A stretch of 45,923 nt of DNA from a candidate division WOR-3 bacterium (lineage in GTDB: Bacteria > Hydrothermota > Tepidihabitantia > Tepidihabitantales > Tepidihabitantaceae): positions 1 through 45,923 of the forward strand of contig JAUWNN010000001.1 of NCBI GenBank assembly GCA_030612625.1, read 5' to 3'. A program made the position numbers and the translations under genes. Below are positions 6,794 through 16,534 of this stretch, piece by piece. Every line of letters begins with the position of its first letter. The first letter of the stretch is position 1. The notes beneath the pieces were generated by a model. It was not told the origin of the DNA. It saw only the letters and a list, made by a program, of their open reading frames with translations, and ran no database searches.

Positions 6794-9208
6794 ATGTTTG
6801 ACTGTATAAGCGAGGTTCTACCCCTTGCAACCAAACCCATCCGCTACACCGGCGGCGAATACAACGCCCTGCTTAAAGACCCGGATTCGTGTCAGGTAAG
6901 TTGGGTGCTGGCAATGCCCGAGGTGTATGAGTTGGGCATGTCCAACTACGGGCTGCGTATTCTCTACTCCGTGATAAACCGGCTGGACAATGCTGCCTGC
7001 GACCGGTGCTTCTGTCCCTGGCCTGACTTCGGGGAGATGCTTCTGAAGCGCAACCTGCCGCTTTATGCACTCGAGTCGAAGCGGCCGGTGAAGGATTTCG
7101 ACATTCTGGGTGTTTCGCTTCAGAGCGAGCTTTGCTGCACCAACCTGCTCTACTTTCTTGAACTGGCTCAGATACCGCTGCATCGGGAGGAACGGGAATC
7201 TCAGCACCCGTTGGTTATTGCGGGTGGGCCCTGCACGGTGAATCCGCTGCCTTTGTCCGGTTTCGTGGATGCGTTTGTGGTGGGCGATGGTGAAGAACCG
7301 GTCAGGGAAATCACCGAAGTGTATCAGGGCTGGAACCGCAAGAACCGGGACGATTTGCTATCTGCTCTTGGCCGGCTGAGCGGGGTTTTTGTGCCGGGTA
7401 AGACCAAGTCGGTCAGCCGGAGGGTTATTGCAGAGTTGAAAGAGGAGGATTTCCCTTTTCCGCCGGTTGTGCCTATCTGCGAAACCATCCATGACCGGCT
7501 CACGATTGAAATCAACCGGGGCTGCACAAGAGGGTGCCGGTTCTGTCAGGCCGGGATGATCAACCGGCCGGTCAGGTTCAGGCCGGTTGATGAAATCGTA
7601 CGCTTGGCCGAACGGGGAATACGGGCCACCGGATGGGAGGAAATCTCGCTGCTTTCGCTTTCGACCCTGGACTATCCGGACCTGTTGAACCTTGTCCAGC
7701 AACTGAACTCGCGTCTCAAGGAACGGCGGGTTGCGGTTTCCCTGCCTTCGACCAGGGGCGAGGAGTTCACACCCGAGTTGGCATTTGACCTGAAGGAGGT
7801 GAAGAAAACCGGACTTACGTTTGCGCCTGAGACCGTTTCCCCGCGGTTGAAGTCGCTCATCAACAAGGACATCTCTGAACTCCGAATTCTCGAGTCCATC
7901 CGTACCGCACTGGATGCCGGCTGGCATGGGGTGAAGCTCTACTTCATGATTGGCCTGCCGGGCGAAACCGACTCGGATGTCGCGGAGATTGGCCGGTTTA
8001 TTGATGAAATCGCCCGGCTGTGCCGGGCCCGGGCTGTGCGCTATGACCTGAGCCCGTTCGTGCCCAAACCTCATACTCCGCTGCAATGGACCGGTTTCGC
8101 CGGGGTGAAGGAAATCCAGGCCAAGATCCATATGCTCAAGTCGGTTCTCACCCGGCGGAATATCAAGGCGAAATGGCAGAATCCGGAAAGTTCCTTTGTC
8201 CAGGCGATGCTGTCGCGCGGTGATGAAAAACTGGGTCCGGTCATCGAGCGGGTTTACCGAAAGGGCGGGGTGTTCCAGGAGTGGACCGAGTACTTCAAGT
8301 TTGAAACCTGGCTTGAGGCGTGCGAAAAGGAAGGTGTTGACCCGCATGCCTACACCAGGGAACAGGCGCTTGATGCTCCACTGCCCTGGGATTTTGTGAA
8401 TGTCGGGGTGAGCAGGGAGTTCCTTAAGCAGGAGTTTGAACGCGCCCGGAAGGGCGAGCAGACACCGGATTGCGGCCAGGGCGTATGTACCAGTTGCGGC
8501 GCTTGTCCGACCGGGAAGCCGCCGCCAAGACCTTGCCGGACATCTGTGGTTCTTGCCGCGTACGGACGCAAGTCAAGGTCAGTTTCGGGTTACGACGGAC
8601 CGAAAGTCCGGTTCCGGCTGAGATCCGCAGGCGAGGAGCCGCTCCGGTGTGCCGGCCATCTTGACCGGGGCAGGGCGCTTTACTGTTTTGTTCGGGTTAG
8701 GGATATGCCGTTTATCTACACCAAAGGCTTTTCACCCAAGCCGATGCTTTCTTTCAGCCCACCGTTGCCGGTCGGGCTTGTTTCAAGCGGTGAGTATTTT
8801 GATGTGTTCACTTCATTTCGCTACTCGGGCAACATGGTCCGGGACTTGGGGCCGTTCATGCCCAGGGGTTTGAGGATTGCCGGTGTGCGCGGCGTACCGC
8901 TGGACTGGCCTTCGCTCGGCAAAGTCATCAATCTGGGTCGGTATCTGGTTGAGGTTCCAAATGGCTCAAGAGACCGGATACACGAACTGGTAGAGAAGGG
9001 ACGGAATGTGGTCGGGGTGCGGAATGTGGCCGAGGGGCCGGAGCAGAACCTGCTGCTTGATTTGGCAATTGTGCCAGGGGTCAGGCTTTTTGCCGCTCTG
9101 GCAGGGCTTTTTGAGATTGAGAAGACCGAGGTCCGGCCGTTACGTATCAAGCGGCTGGACTGTCTGGTCCAGAAGAGTGATTGTATTCAGACACCTATGG
9201 AGGGGTGA
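6794..9208 (+). CDS. Radical SAM protein with B12-binding-like N-domain and DUF2344-like C-domain (TIGR03960+TIGR03936-type fusion)
   Basis: CxxxCxxC cluster motif CTRGCRFCQAG. The N-terminus KPIRYTGGEYN is typical of this family, and there is a roughly 230-aa C-terminal extension. The TGA stop overlaps the rng ATG (TGATG). Confidence 0.8.
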   Translation: MFDCISEVLPLATKPIRYTGGEYNALLKDPDSCQVSWVLAMPEVYELGMSNYGLRILYSVINRLDNAACDRCFCPWPDFGEMLLKRNLPLYALESKRPVKDFDILGVSLQSELCCTNLLYFLELAQIPLHREERESQHPLVIAGGPCTVNPLPLSGFVDAFVVGDGEEPVREITEVYQGWNRKNRDDLLSALGRLSGVFVPGKTKSVSRRVIAELKEEDFPFPPVVPICETIHDRLTIEINRGCTRGCRFCQAGMINRPVRFRPVDEIVRLAERGIRATGWEEISLLSLSTLDYPDLLNLVQQLNSRLKERRVAVSLPSTRGEEFTPELAFDLKEVKKTGLTFAPETVSPRLKSLINKDISELRILESIRTALDAGWHGVKLYFMIGLPGETDSDVAEIGRFIDEIARLCRARAVRYDLSPFVPKPHTPLQWTGFAGVKEIQAKIHMLKSVLTRRNIKAKWQNPESSFVQAMLSRGDEKLGPVIERVYRKGGVFQEWTEYFKFETWLEACEKEGVDPHAYTREQALDAPLPWDFVNVGVSREFLKQEFERARKGEQTPDCGQGVCTSCGACPTGKPPPRPCRTSVVLAAYGRKSRSVSGYDGPKVRFRLRSAGEEPLRCAGHLDRGRALYCFVRVRDMPFIYTKGFSPKPMLSFSPPLPVGLVSSGEYFDVFTSFRYSGNMVRDLGPFMPRGLRIAGVRGVPLDWPSLGKVINLGRYLVEVPNGSRDRIHELVEKGRNVVGVRNVAEGPEQNLLLDLAIVPGVRLFAALAGLFEIEKTEVRPLRIKRLDCLVQKSDCIQTPMEG

Positions 9209-10698
9209 TGAAGGTAAAGACTAAAATCGTAGTGAGTTCCAATGAATGGGAGACCAGGGTCGGGATTATCGAGGACGGCAGACTGGTTGAGTTCTATGTC
9301 GAAAGGGAGGAAAGCCAGGTCCTTGTTGGCCGGATATACAAGGGGAAGGTTGAGAATGTGGTAAAGGGGTTGCGCGGGGCTTTTGTGAATATCGGCCTGC
9401 GCAAGAACGGGTTCCTGCCGCTGACCGAGATTCCGGAGTTTGATGCGCTCGAAGGCGATGAGGTTGACACTAAGAACGAATCGTCCAAGCCCAAGCCCCG
9501 CACTATCGCCTTGAGTGAAGGTGAAGACATCCTGGTTCAGGTTGTCAAGGACCCGTTTGCGGAAAAGGGTGCCCGGATTACTTCTTATGTTTCGATTCCG
9601 GGCCGGTATCTGGTTTACTTCCCGAATGCGGAGCGGGTTGGAATATCCCGCAGGATATGGGACCGCAGGGAACGGTCCCGGCTGCGCAGCATCATCAGGA
9701 GGTTCAAGGATTCCCATGCCGGACTGATAGTCAGGACCGTTGCCGAAGGGGCGAAGCCGGATGAGTTAGGCTATGAGTACGAGCGGCTGGAAAAGACCTG
9801 GGAGGATATCCGGTCCCGGGCTGAGCCTGCGAAGCCACCCGCAGTAGTGTACGAGGAACCTTCAATCGGGGTAAAGCTGGTACGCGACCTGTTCAAATCC
9901 AGTGTTGAGAAAGTGGTTGTTGATTCTGAGAAGCAGTACCAGGAGATTTACAGCTATCTGAGTCAGGTTGCGCCGAAGTTCAAGCGCAGAGTTGAGCTTT
10001 ACCGGGGTGAGGTGCCGCTTCTGGAGCAGACCGGGATTGAGGCCGAGCTTGACCGGGTTTTCCAGAAACGACTCTGGCTGAAGTCGGGCGGGTTCATCAC
10101 TGTTGACCAGACTGAGGCGATGGTGGCGATTGATGTCAACACCGGCCGGTCAGCCGAGAATGAAGACCCGGAACGACTGATACTGCAGACCAACCTTGAA
10201 GCTGTGGCCGAAATCGCCCGGCAGATAAGGCTTCGGGACCTGGCCGGGCTGATAATCATTGACTTCATTGATATGGAGGACCTGAAGGCCACGGAGAGTG
10301 TAGTCAGTGAGCTCAGAGCCCAGCTTTCAGGTGACAGGGCAAAAGCTGACTACTCGAAGATGAGCCGGTTCGGGCTGTTGGAGATGACCAGGGAGAGAAC
10401 AAGGCCGGGGATGATGTTTGCGATGTTCGAGATCTGTCCTGCTTGCAGGGGTTCAGGTCGGATTCGCTCCCGGTCCGAAGCGGCAATGAAGCTTGAGCGA
10501 GTGATTATTTCCAGGCTGTCCAAAATCAGGGGGAAGAGAGTCAGGATTCTGGCTGCGCCCTGGATGACTCAATTTCTGACAACCGATTGGTATGACCGTT
10601 TGAGTGAATTCGCCCGTCGCTATGAGCTGGCGATTGATGTCAAGATCGACCACGAACTCCAGCCTGCCGATTTCAGGTTGCTGACCGAGTCCGGTTAG
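9208..10698 (+). CDS. rng: Rne/Rng family ribonuclease (RNase G-like)
   Basis: S1 domain GRIYKGKVENVVKGLRGAFVNIG and catalytic core AIDVNTG / IIDFIDM. Start placed at ATG 9208 (MKVKTKIVV) rather than ORF-track 9181. Confidence 0.85.
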   Translation: MKVKTKIVVSSNEWETRVGIIEDGRLVEFYVEREESQVLVGRIYKGKVENVVKGLRGAFVNIGLRKNGFLPLTEIPEFDALEGDEVDTKNESSKPKPRTIALSEGEDILVQVVKDPFAEKGARITSYVSIPGRYLVYFPNAERVGISRRIWDRRERSRLRSIIRRFKDSHAGLIVRTVAEGAKPDELGYEYERLEKTWEDIRSRAEPAKPPAVVYEEPSIGVKLVRDLFKSSVEKVVVDSEKQYQEIYSYLSQVAPKFKRRVELYRGEVPLLEQTGIEAELDRVFQKRLWLKSGGFITVDQTEAMVAIDVNTGRSAENEDPERLILQTNLEAVAEIARQIRLRDLAGLIIIDFIDMEDLKATESVVSELRAQLSGDRAKADYSKMSRFGLLEMTRERTRPGMMFAMFEICPACRGSGRIRSRSEAAMKLERVIISRLSKIRGKRVRILAAPWMTQFLTTDWYDRLSEFARRYELAIDVKIDHELQPADFRLLTESG

Positions 10699-10722
10699 CT
10701 GCCTGAGCCCGGCAGGTCGGCT

Positions 10723-10950
10723 TCAGGTCTGGTCCGGGATTTCAAGTATCTTGTTCCGTGCACGCTGGCCGGCTACGAGCCGGACTGAGGATTTGGGAAT
10801 ACCCAGGAAGCGGGCAACCGCCTTGACAACCGCTTGGTTGGCCTTTCCCTGTCTGGCTGGTGCTTTAACCCGTACCCGGAGTGTACCATCAGGCAGCCTT
10901 ATGACTTCGTCGGTTGTGCTTCCCGGCTGAACCTTGACCTTCAGCCGCAT
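10723..10950 (-). CDS. DUF167 (YggU-like) family protein
   Basis: 75 aa; RVRVKAPARQGKANQAVVKAVARFLGIPKSSVRLVAGQRARNKILEI matches the YggU pattern. Its ATG shares one nt with the nrdD TGA (TGATG). Confidence 0.75.
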   Translation of the reverse strand: MRLKVKVQPGSTTDEVIRLPDGTLRVRVKAPARQGKANQAVVKAVARFLGIPKSSVRLVAGQRARNKILEIPDQT

Positions 10951-13379
10951 CAGCCGGCGTTCTTCAGCCCACCCTTGTGCCGGTCCAGGAGTTCAGCCCT
11001 TTTGCCTGCGTTCCAGCCTGAGACCTTCGAGAAAAATCCGGTTACCCGGGTGATGAAATCCACTTCTGAGGAGCCGCAGTACGGGCAGATGTCGACCAGA
11101 CCGCGCGAAGTTTTCATGCATTTGTTGCAGGTGGTGAATTCGGGCGAGAATGCGATCTGGGCATTGCGGGTGTTGCGAAAGGTCTTGATGACAAAGTTGG
11201 CGATTGACTCCTTTGGGGGGCGGGCGTCAGCCAGCCAGACATGGGTCAGGGCACCGGCTTCAATCATGTCGTGGAATTTGCCTTCTCGGTAAACACGGTC
11301 GATTGGGTCCACCGGTTCACCGACGTTCAGATAGGTGGAATTCGTGTAGTAGGGGCCGTCATCCAGATTGCCTTTTATTACCTGCTGGGCCGGTTCGCGG
11401 AAGTACTCAAGGTCAAGCTTTGCCATTCGGTATGCGGTTGATTCGGCCGGGGTCTGTTCAATCACGAAGTGCATCCCGTGTTCCTGGGAAAGGCGTCGGC
11501 ATTCAATCTGCAGCGCAGCCATGACCTTGAGCCCGAACCTGAATACCTGGTCGGTGTCGTGCAACTGTTTACCCAGATGGTACTGAACCATTTCATTCAG
11601 CCCTAAGACTCCAATAAGAAAGGTAGCGCGGTGCATCCTGAGATAAGGTTCGCCGTCCCGGTCCATGGCGAGAAGCGCAAGAGGGCCGTCGGACTTGAGC
11701 GCGAGGAGTTTCTCGAGGAACGACTTCTTCTGGAAATGGGCTTTAATTGCCAGTTCAAGGTTCTGATGCAGCAGTTTGAATAGTGTCGCGTCGTTGTGAT
11801 TGGCCCGGTATGCAATCCGGGGCAGGTTGAGTGTTACGTTCTGGAGTGCGGAGTAGCGCATCTTCCAGGGAGTCTTGGCATCGCGAAGGTCGGACTCGTT
11901 CAGTTTGAAACTCAGACGGCAGCATTCGCTGATTTTGGCGGTTTTGCCCCGGTCGAACACGAAATAGGTGTTGCCTTTATCGGCAGCAACATCGGAAATG
12001 TGGTTGAGGAAATCCTGCCAGCCCGGGGTCAGAAAGAATCGTTCGGTCATGTGCACCAGTGGTTTCGGGAAGAAGAAGGGTCGGCCTGAGCCATCGCCCT
12101 GCTTGTAGATGTCAAACATCGCCCAGACAAAGCGCTGGGCGTCGGCAAGATAGTCTTTGTATTTCTTGCCGGTGTACTCGCCGCCCGGGCCGATGGCGTC
12201 AACGTCTTCAAAATGTTTCGGGATTTCCCAATAGAGGTTAATGTCCGAGAAAATGGCCTGGCCGCCCCGAGCGACATTCTGCTGAGAATACTCAAACACC
12301 AGCATCTGGGCGAGCTGGTGTATTTCTTTATCGCCCATGCCTTTCAGGAATGGCGCAATGAATAGATTTACCGCATCCCAGCCGATAGCACCGGCAAAGT
12401 GTCCCTGGAGCGCAGCCGAGAATTTCACCATCTGGGCAATTAGGGTTTCGGGATGCTTGGCCGGTTTGGCCGTTGAAAGCGCATTGGGCAGATTGAGTCC
12501 GAATTTCTTAACGTATTCCAGGGACTGACCCGAGCAGTAGGGACGGTTGATAAAGCCCAAGTCATGGAGATGGATGTCCCCACGGGTATGGGCGTCAGCA
12601 ATCTCGGGGTCGAATACCGAAGAAAGGGCGAACTGCTTATTTATCCATTCGGCCAGGGTCATATTAGTGGCCTCGGGATTATGGGGGATGTTGGCGTTTT
12701 CCTTATTCTTGAAGAACAGGATTCGTTCGACATCGTAAAGCGGAACCCCGAGCCGGGCATGGCGTTTGCGCTGTTCCTCATAGCCGTGCTCAATCAGTTT
12801 GGTGTTCACGATTTCCCGGATCAGGCTTGAAGTGATGTGTTTTATTTTGGAGTTGATAATTGTATCTTCAACCTCGACGGCAATCTGTTCGGCCTTTTCC
12901 GGAGGGAGATCGGTTTCCCGGACCAGGGCCCGGCTAATCCGGGTCCGGTCCCACTTGAGAATGGCTTCGTCCGTGGTGCGGACGAAAAGGGAAGAGTCGG
13001 TAAACTCCTTTTTACCGGAAAGCATCTGCTTGATGCGGGACCGGTTCCGGCGCTCGCGGTACAGGATATAGGTTTTGGCAGTCTTGGCATGACCGTTCTC
13101 GATGAGCACCTTTTCGACCGCATCCTGGATTTCCTCAATAGTGGGGATCTGTTTTCCCTTCTTGTCTTGGAGGTGACGGCATACTTTTTCGGCCAGACTT
13201 TCGGCCAAAGCCCGGTTCTCACCGCCAATCGAATGGGCCGCTTTGAATATGGCTCCAGCTATTTTGTCGGTATCAAACGGGACTATTTCGCCGGTCCTTT
13301 TCCTGACCTGCTTGAAATGACGGACTTCGGAATTCTCTGTAGAAGCGTCAGTTCGAGTTTTATCCCTCGGATTGGACAC
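10950..13379 (-). CDS. nrdD: Anaerobic ribonucleoside-triphosphate reductase (class III)
   Basis: N-terminal ATP-cone (VRKRTGEIVPFDTDKI), a large class III core, a C-terminal Zn ribbon (CNKC...CPYCG) and a glycyl-radical loop (ITRVTGFFSKVSGWN). GTG start preceded by AGGAGG. Confidence 0.9.
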   Translation of the reverse strand: MSNPRDKTRTDASTENSEVRHFKQVRKRTGEIVPFDTDKIAGAIFKAAHSIGGENRALAESLAEKVCRHLQDKKGKQIPTIEEIQDAVEKVLIENGHAKTAKTYILYRERRNRSRIKQMLSGKKEFTDSSLFVRTTDEAILKWDRTRISRALVRETDLPPEKAEQIAVEVEDTIINSKIKHITSSLIREIVNTKLIEHGYEEQRKRHARLGVPLYDVERILFFKNKENANIPHNPEATNMTLAEWINKQFALSSVFDPEIADAHTRGDIHLHDLGFINRPYCSGQSLEYVKKFGLNLPNALSTAKPAKHPETLIAQMVKFSAALQGHFAGAIGWDAVNLFIAPFLKGMGDKEIHQLAQMLVFEYSQQNVARGGQAIFSDINLYWEIPKHFEDVDAIGPGGEYTGKKYKDYLADAQRFVWAMFDIYKQGDGSGRPFFFPKPLVHMTERFFLTPGWQDFLNHISDVAADKGNTYFVFDRGKTAKISECCRLSFKLNESDLRDAKTPWKMRYSALQNVTLNLPRIAYRANHNDATLFKLLHQNLELAIKAHFQKKSFLEKLLALKSDGPLALLAMDRDGEPYLRMHRATFLIGVLGLNEMVQYHLGKQLHDTDQVFRFGLKVMAALQIECRRLSQEHGMHFVIEQTPAESTAYRMAKLDLEYFREPAQQVIKGNLDDGPYYTNSTYLNVGEPVDPIDRVYREGKFHDMIEAGALTHVWLADARPPKESIANFVIKTFRNTRNAQIAFSPEFTTCNKCMKTSRGLVDICPYCGSSEVDFITRVTGFFSKVSGWNAGKRAELLDRHKGGLKNAG

Positions 13380-13568
13380 TGCTTCCTCCTTCCCTCAGGT
13401 TATTCAGTTCGGTCATGAATTGCTCTGCGTTTCCAAACTGGCGATAGACAGATGCGAACCTGATACAGGCAAGTACCGTTTCTTCCAGTTCCTTACTGTC
13501 CGGCCGTCGTGTGCCGGCTTGGAGCCCGGCACACAGTGAACATCAAACCCATGAAACGAACAGTTCAT
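13360..13568 (-). pseudogene. nrdR: nrdR relic (internally deleted and frameshifted)
   Basis: The minus-strand frame through 13385-13500 reads DSKELEETVLACIRFASVYRQFGNAEQFMTELNNL, the conserved NrdR C-terminus (IRFASVYR core). Only about 60 codons remain of roughly 150. The possible N-terminal remnant MNCSFHGFD (ATG at 13568) is in another frame. Confidence 0.6.
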
Positions 13569-13583
13569 ATAGTATCAGTATCT

Positions 13584-13611
13584 CTTATACCACAGCAGGT
13601 TGAGAAGTCAA
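13584..13611 (-). promoter_or_regulatory. Sigma-70-like promoter upstream of the nrdR relic and nrdD
   Basis: Minus strand: TTGACT (13611-13606), 16-nt spacer, TATAAG (13589-13584). Confidence 0.45.
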
Positions 13612-13791
13612 GAAGCAATAATGACATCCCTGTGATTCTGTAATTGCTTGACAGATTTGCGTTTGCGTTCCCGGGGGTGTGTGCACCATATCACAACGAA
13701 AAGGGGATTTGTATCAGAGGTTGTCGGGAATACGGAAGCTTTTTTGGGATATTGTCCACATGGTTATCCACAGGTTATCAACAGGATAGTC

Positions 13792-14742
13792 TCACGTAGT
13801 GCACAGGTGGTCATAGCCGTGAGTCCGTACTTTTGTAGTCCTTCCTTGCCGCTTCAGGTACAGCCCGGCCCCGGCTTCCACTTGACCGATTCTGGTTACC
13901 GGTATGCCCTTAACATTTTTCGGAATCAGGTCAATGCTTGTGAAAAGCAGTTCATAGTCTTCGCCCGAACACAAGGCGAAGTGAAGCGGGTCGGTCCTGA
14001 GTAGAGCGCATAACTCGAGGGTCTGAGGAAGAATCGGAAAGCTCTCAGGTTCAAGCACGATTCTGACTTTGCTTTCCTGTGCGAGGTGGTGGGCGTCGGT
14101 GGCAAGGCCGTCTGAAGTGTCAATCAGGCCGCGAATCTTTCTGAAGAGTTTCTTGACAACCGCAAGTCTGGGTAATGGTTTCAGGTGGCGCTGAACAAGA
14201 CGTGAGTAATGGCGGCGCGAAAGACTGTGCTTGAGCGCCAGCCTTCCGGCTTCAGCAGAACCCAGATGCCCGGTTACATACAGGTGGTCCCCGGCCCGGG
14301 CGCGAGACCTGAGTTTTGGCTGCTTTGCTTTTCCGGTCACGGTCAGGGCAAGTAGCAGCTTGTCGGCCAGGATGATGTCACCGCCCCCGACTTCGCAGCT
14401 CAGTTCTGAGCAGACATCTTCGATGCCGTGGTAGAGAGCGCGCACTTGCACATTGTGCATCTTGCCGGCCATTGCGAGCGCGACAAGGACGACCTGTGGT
14501 GCTGCTCCCATCGCTACAACGTCTGAAATCGCAGCGCACGCGCACCGGGTGCCGATTTGCCGAAAGGTCATGTAATCGGAATCGAAGTGGACGCCTTCAG
14601 CATATGCGTCAGTGGTGATGACGGTTCCATCTTTGAGCACGCAGGCGTCGTCACCAATGCCGAGCTTGACCTGGCCGCGGCTGCTGACCGTCCGCTCAAT
14701 CAGCCGAATCAGCGCGGCTTCACCGGTTTGGGCTGACTCCAT
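13792..14742 (-). CDS. thiL: Thiamine-monophosphate kinase
   Basis: AIR-synthase-like N-terminus: LIRLIERTV..., GIGDDACVL, TTDAYAEGVHF. Start moved to ATG 14742 (MESAQ), because the upstream ORF extension has no family similarity. Confidence 0.8.
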   Translation of the reverse strand: MESAQTGEAALIRLIERTVSSRGQVKLGIGDDACVLKDGTVITTDAYAEGVHFDSDYMTFRQIGTRCACAAISDVVAMGAAPQVVLVALAMAGKMHNVQVRALYHGIEDVCSELSCEVGGGDIILADKLLLALTVTGKAKQPKLRSRARAGDHLYVTGHLGSAEAGRLALKHSLSRRHYSRLVQRHLKPLPRLAVVKKLFRKIRGLIDTSDGLATDAHHLAQESKVRIVLEPESFPILPQTLELCALLRTDPLHFALCSGEDYELLFTSIDLIPKNVKGIPVTRIGQVEAGAGLYLKRQGRTTKVRTHGYDHLCTT

Positions 14743-14827
14743 GTTCTCATGATAGTGGAATTCGGCGGTCTGACAATCCCGACCTGGGCTTGACACCAGG
14801 TCTGTTTTGCAGTTAGTCTTACAAAGT

Positions 14828-15412
14828 ATGAAGAAGTTCATTGCGCTGGTCTGTCTGGTCGCCGGCACGGTCTTCGGGGCAACTCCTTTCCTGTCAGTCA
14901 AAGCGGCCCAGCCTTCTGCTGAAGGGATGCGCTCAGCATATCATATCCTTCCGGTTGCCGGCGTCGGGGTCAGGTTTCCGCGTTCGGAAAACCTGGCGCT
15001 CAGAACTGAATTGTCCGGGACTTATGCCCAGGGAGTCGGGTCGTTTTCTACCTTCAGCCTGTGGAATGCAGGGTTGCGGTTCGGGGTCGAATTCAACTTC
15101 AGTCCGTATCTGGATGCTTACCTGGTTCCCGGTGTAATGCTTGCCTATGCCGCAGAAAGGACACCGGATGCGGACACGCTGGGAAATATCGGATACCACT
15201 GGTATGGCGGGACAAGTATGGGGTGTTCCTTTGATGCTGGAATTCTGCTGTTCCGGGCCGGGAACTGGCGGTTCGATATCGAATGCGGGGCAGATGTGCT
15301 TTCTGTTCCCACTGACAAGCCCATCATCGACCCGGGCTGGTCTCCGTCCTGGTGGCACTATTCAATTCAGTTGTCCGGTTTCAACCTGGGTCTGGTTGTC
15401 GGGATGCAATGA
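14828..15412 (+). CDS. Putative exported beta-barrel-like protein
   Basis: Signal peptide MKKFIALVCLVAGTVFG followed by alternating hydrophobic beta-strand-like segments rich in G/Y/F/W. No family recognised. The stop overlaps the next gene's start (ATGA). Confidence 0.45.
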   Translation: MKKFIALVCLVAGTVFGATPFLSVKAAQPSAEGMRSAYHILPVAGVGVRFPRSENLALRTELSGTYAQGVGSFSTFSLWNAGLRFGVEFNFSPYLDAYLVPGVMLAYAAERTPDADTLGNIGYHWYGGTSMGCSFDAGILLFRAGNWRFDIECGADVLSVPTDKPIIDPGWSPSWWHYSIQLSGFNLGLVVGMQ

Positions 15413-16371
15413 TGCGCTGGTTATGTCTCAGTCTGATTGCCGCTGGTTGGCTTTTTGGAGACGGCGGGATGGTCGTACCGCCTAACGAGGAAATTGAGGA
15501 GTTCGGCCAGGTGGCGATTGTCAAGTTCCTTGAAGGCCGTGAAGAACTTTCCATCTCGACCAAGTTCATGTCCTATTCAACAGATTTCGCCTGGGTGGTG
15601 CCGTTACCTTCAGAGCCGGTGGTCGATTCGGTAAGCCAAGAGCTGTTTTCCGAACTGCAGCATTTCTGCCGACCTCTGTACCGAAGGAGTGGCGGGTTCG
15701 GCTGTGGGTTCGGGGGGTTATCTGAGGAAGGCCCGGGCGGCAGGTACGGCGATTCGCTCGGGGTTGAAGAAGTCAGCGGCGGCATTATCGGAGACTATTC
15801 GTACCAGGTGCTACTGGCGTTCAATCCCGATACCCTGGAAAGCTATCTGACCGGTCACGGCTATGAGTTACCTTATGGTGCGGCCGCGATTTTCAACCAC
15901 TACCTGGAGAAGAACTGGAACTACTTTGTTGTGGCCCGGGTCAGAGACAGTGTCACAAGGTATGAAACCCGCAATATCGGAATCAGGCTGTCGTTTGATG
16001 CCGATTCGCTGGTTTACCCATTGTACATCAGCCGCATCGGTTCCGTTGCTTCAGACGTGATACTCTATGTGCTTGCCGACCACCGGCAGATGTTTCCGGG
16101 CGCACAACTGAAGTTCTCGGGTAAGGTGAACCAGAACAGCTTCAAGGATTTCCCGGGTTTTGTGGACCGTCGCTGTCATCTGACCAAACTCATGAAGGAG
16201 TACGAGCCTGACCAGATGGAGGACATCTATCTCAAGCAGGCACCGGATGACAAGGACTTTCGTTACATCGAGTACTACGGCGGCGGCTGGCTCGGGATGC
16301 TCGGAAGTTCGGCTGTGTTTGCGGTCGTCCTGTTCCTGCGGCGCAAAAGGAAAAGGCGGTCAGGCCCTTGA
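15409..16371 (+). CDS. DUF2330-like exported protein with C-terminal membrane anchor
   Basis: Signal-like N-terminus MMRWLCLSLIAAGWLFG, then the FAWVVPLPSEP motif I recall from DUF2330. C-terminal TM helix plus a basic tail (RRKRKRRSG). Confidence 0.45.
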   Translation: MMRWLCLSLIAAGWLFGDGGMVVPPNEEIEEFGQVAIVKFLEGREELSISTKFMSYSTDFAWVVPLPSEPVVDSVSQELFSELQHFCRPLYRRSGGFGCGFGGLSEEGPGGRYGDSLGVEEVSGGIIGDYSYQVLLAFNPDTLESYLTGHGYELPYGAAAIFNHYLEKNWNYFVVARVRDSVTRYETRNIGIRLSFDADSLVYPLYISRIGSVASDVILYVLADHRQMFPGAQLKFSGKVNQNSFKDFPGFVDRRCHLTKLMKEYEPDQMEDIYLKQAPDDKDFRYIEYYGGGWLGMLGSSAVFAVVLFLRRKRKRRSGP

Positions 16372-16534
16372 ACCCTGGAATTCTTGAACCCTGTCCGAAC
16401 AGGTTTTCTAATTCCGGTCTGTAGCCGTCAGCCCCTGTCTACTGTATTCTGTCTCCCGTCTTCTATCCTCGGGCTGTCGGCAGTGAGCGGAAACGTGGGT
16501 AACGTCCCCAGGTTTCTTAATTCTCCCGGTCGTG

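Noticed and set aside
7358-8347. Large antisense ORFs opposite well-supported genes (7358..8347 opposite the radical SAM gene, 26784..28487 opposite mutS2, 31675..32589 opposite rpoD, 34960..35613 opposite hflX, 344..1147 opposite the methyltransferase, 16428..16958 and 16548..17048 opposite the NYN-like gene).
   Set aside because: These are shadow ORFs typical of GC-rich coding DNA. They have Arg/Pro/Gly-rich nonsense composition and no recognisable motifs, while the opposite strand encodes clear family members.
9181-9207. N-terminal ORF-track extensions as true starts (9181 for rng, 14901 for thiL, 20262 for the SBBP protein, 45552 for the lipoprotein, 34252 for hflX, 26574 for mutS2, 3185 for the CBM protein).
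   Set aside because: The downstream starts have SD sequences, produce proper signal peptides or family-typical N-termini, and avoid overlap with upstream genes. The extensions encode repeat-derived or low-complexity sequence.
13508-13535. Hairpin gtgtgccgg-N8-ccggcacac as an nrdD regulatory element or NrdR box.
   Set aside because: It lies inside the nrdR relic rather than in a promoter-proximal operator position. It does not resemble the AT-rich palindromic NrdR box as I recall it, and I found no tandem box pair.
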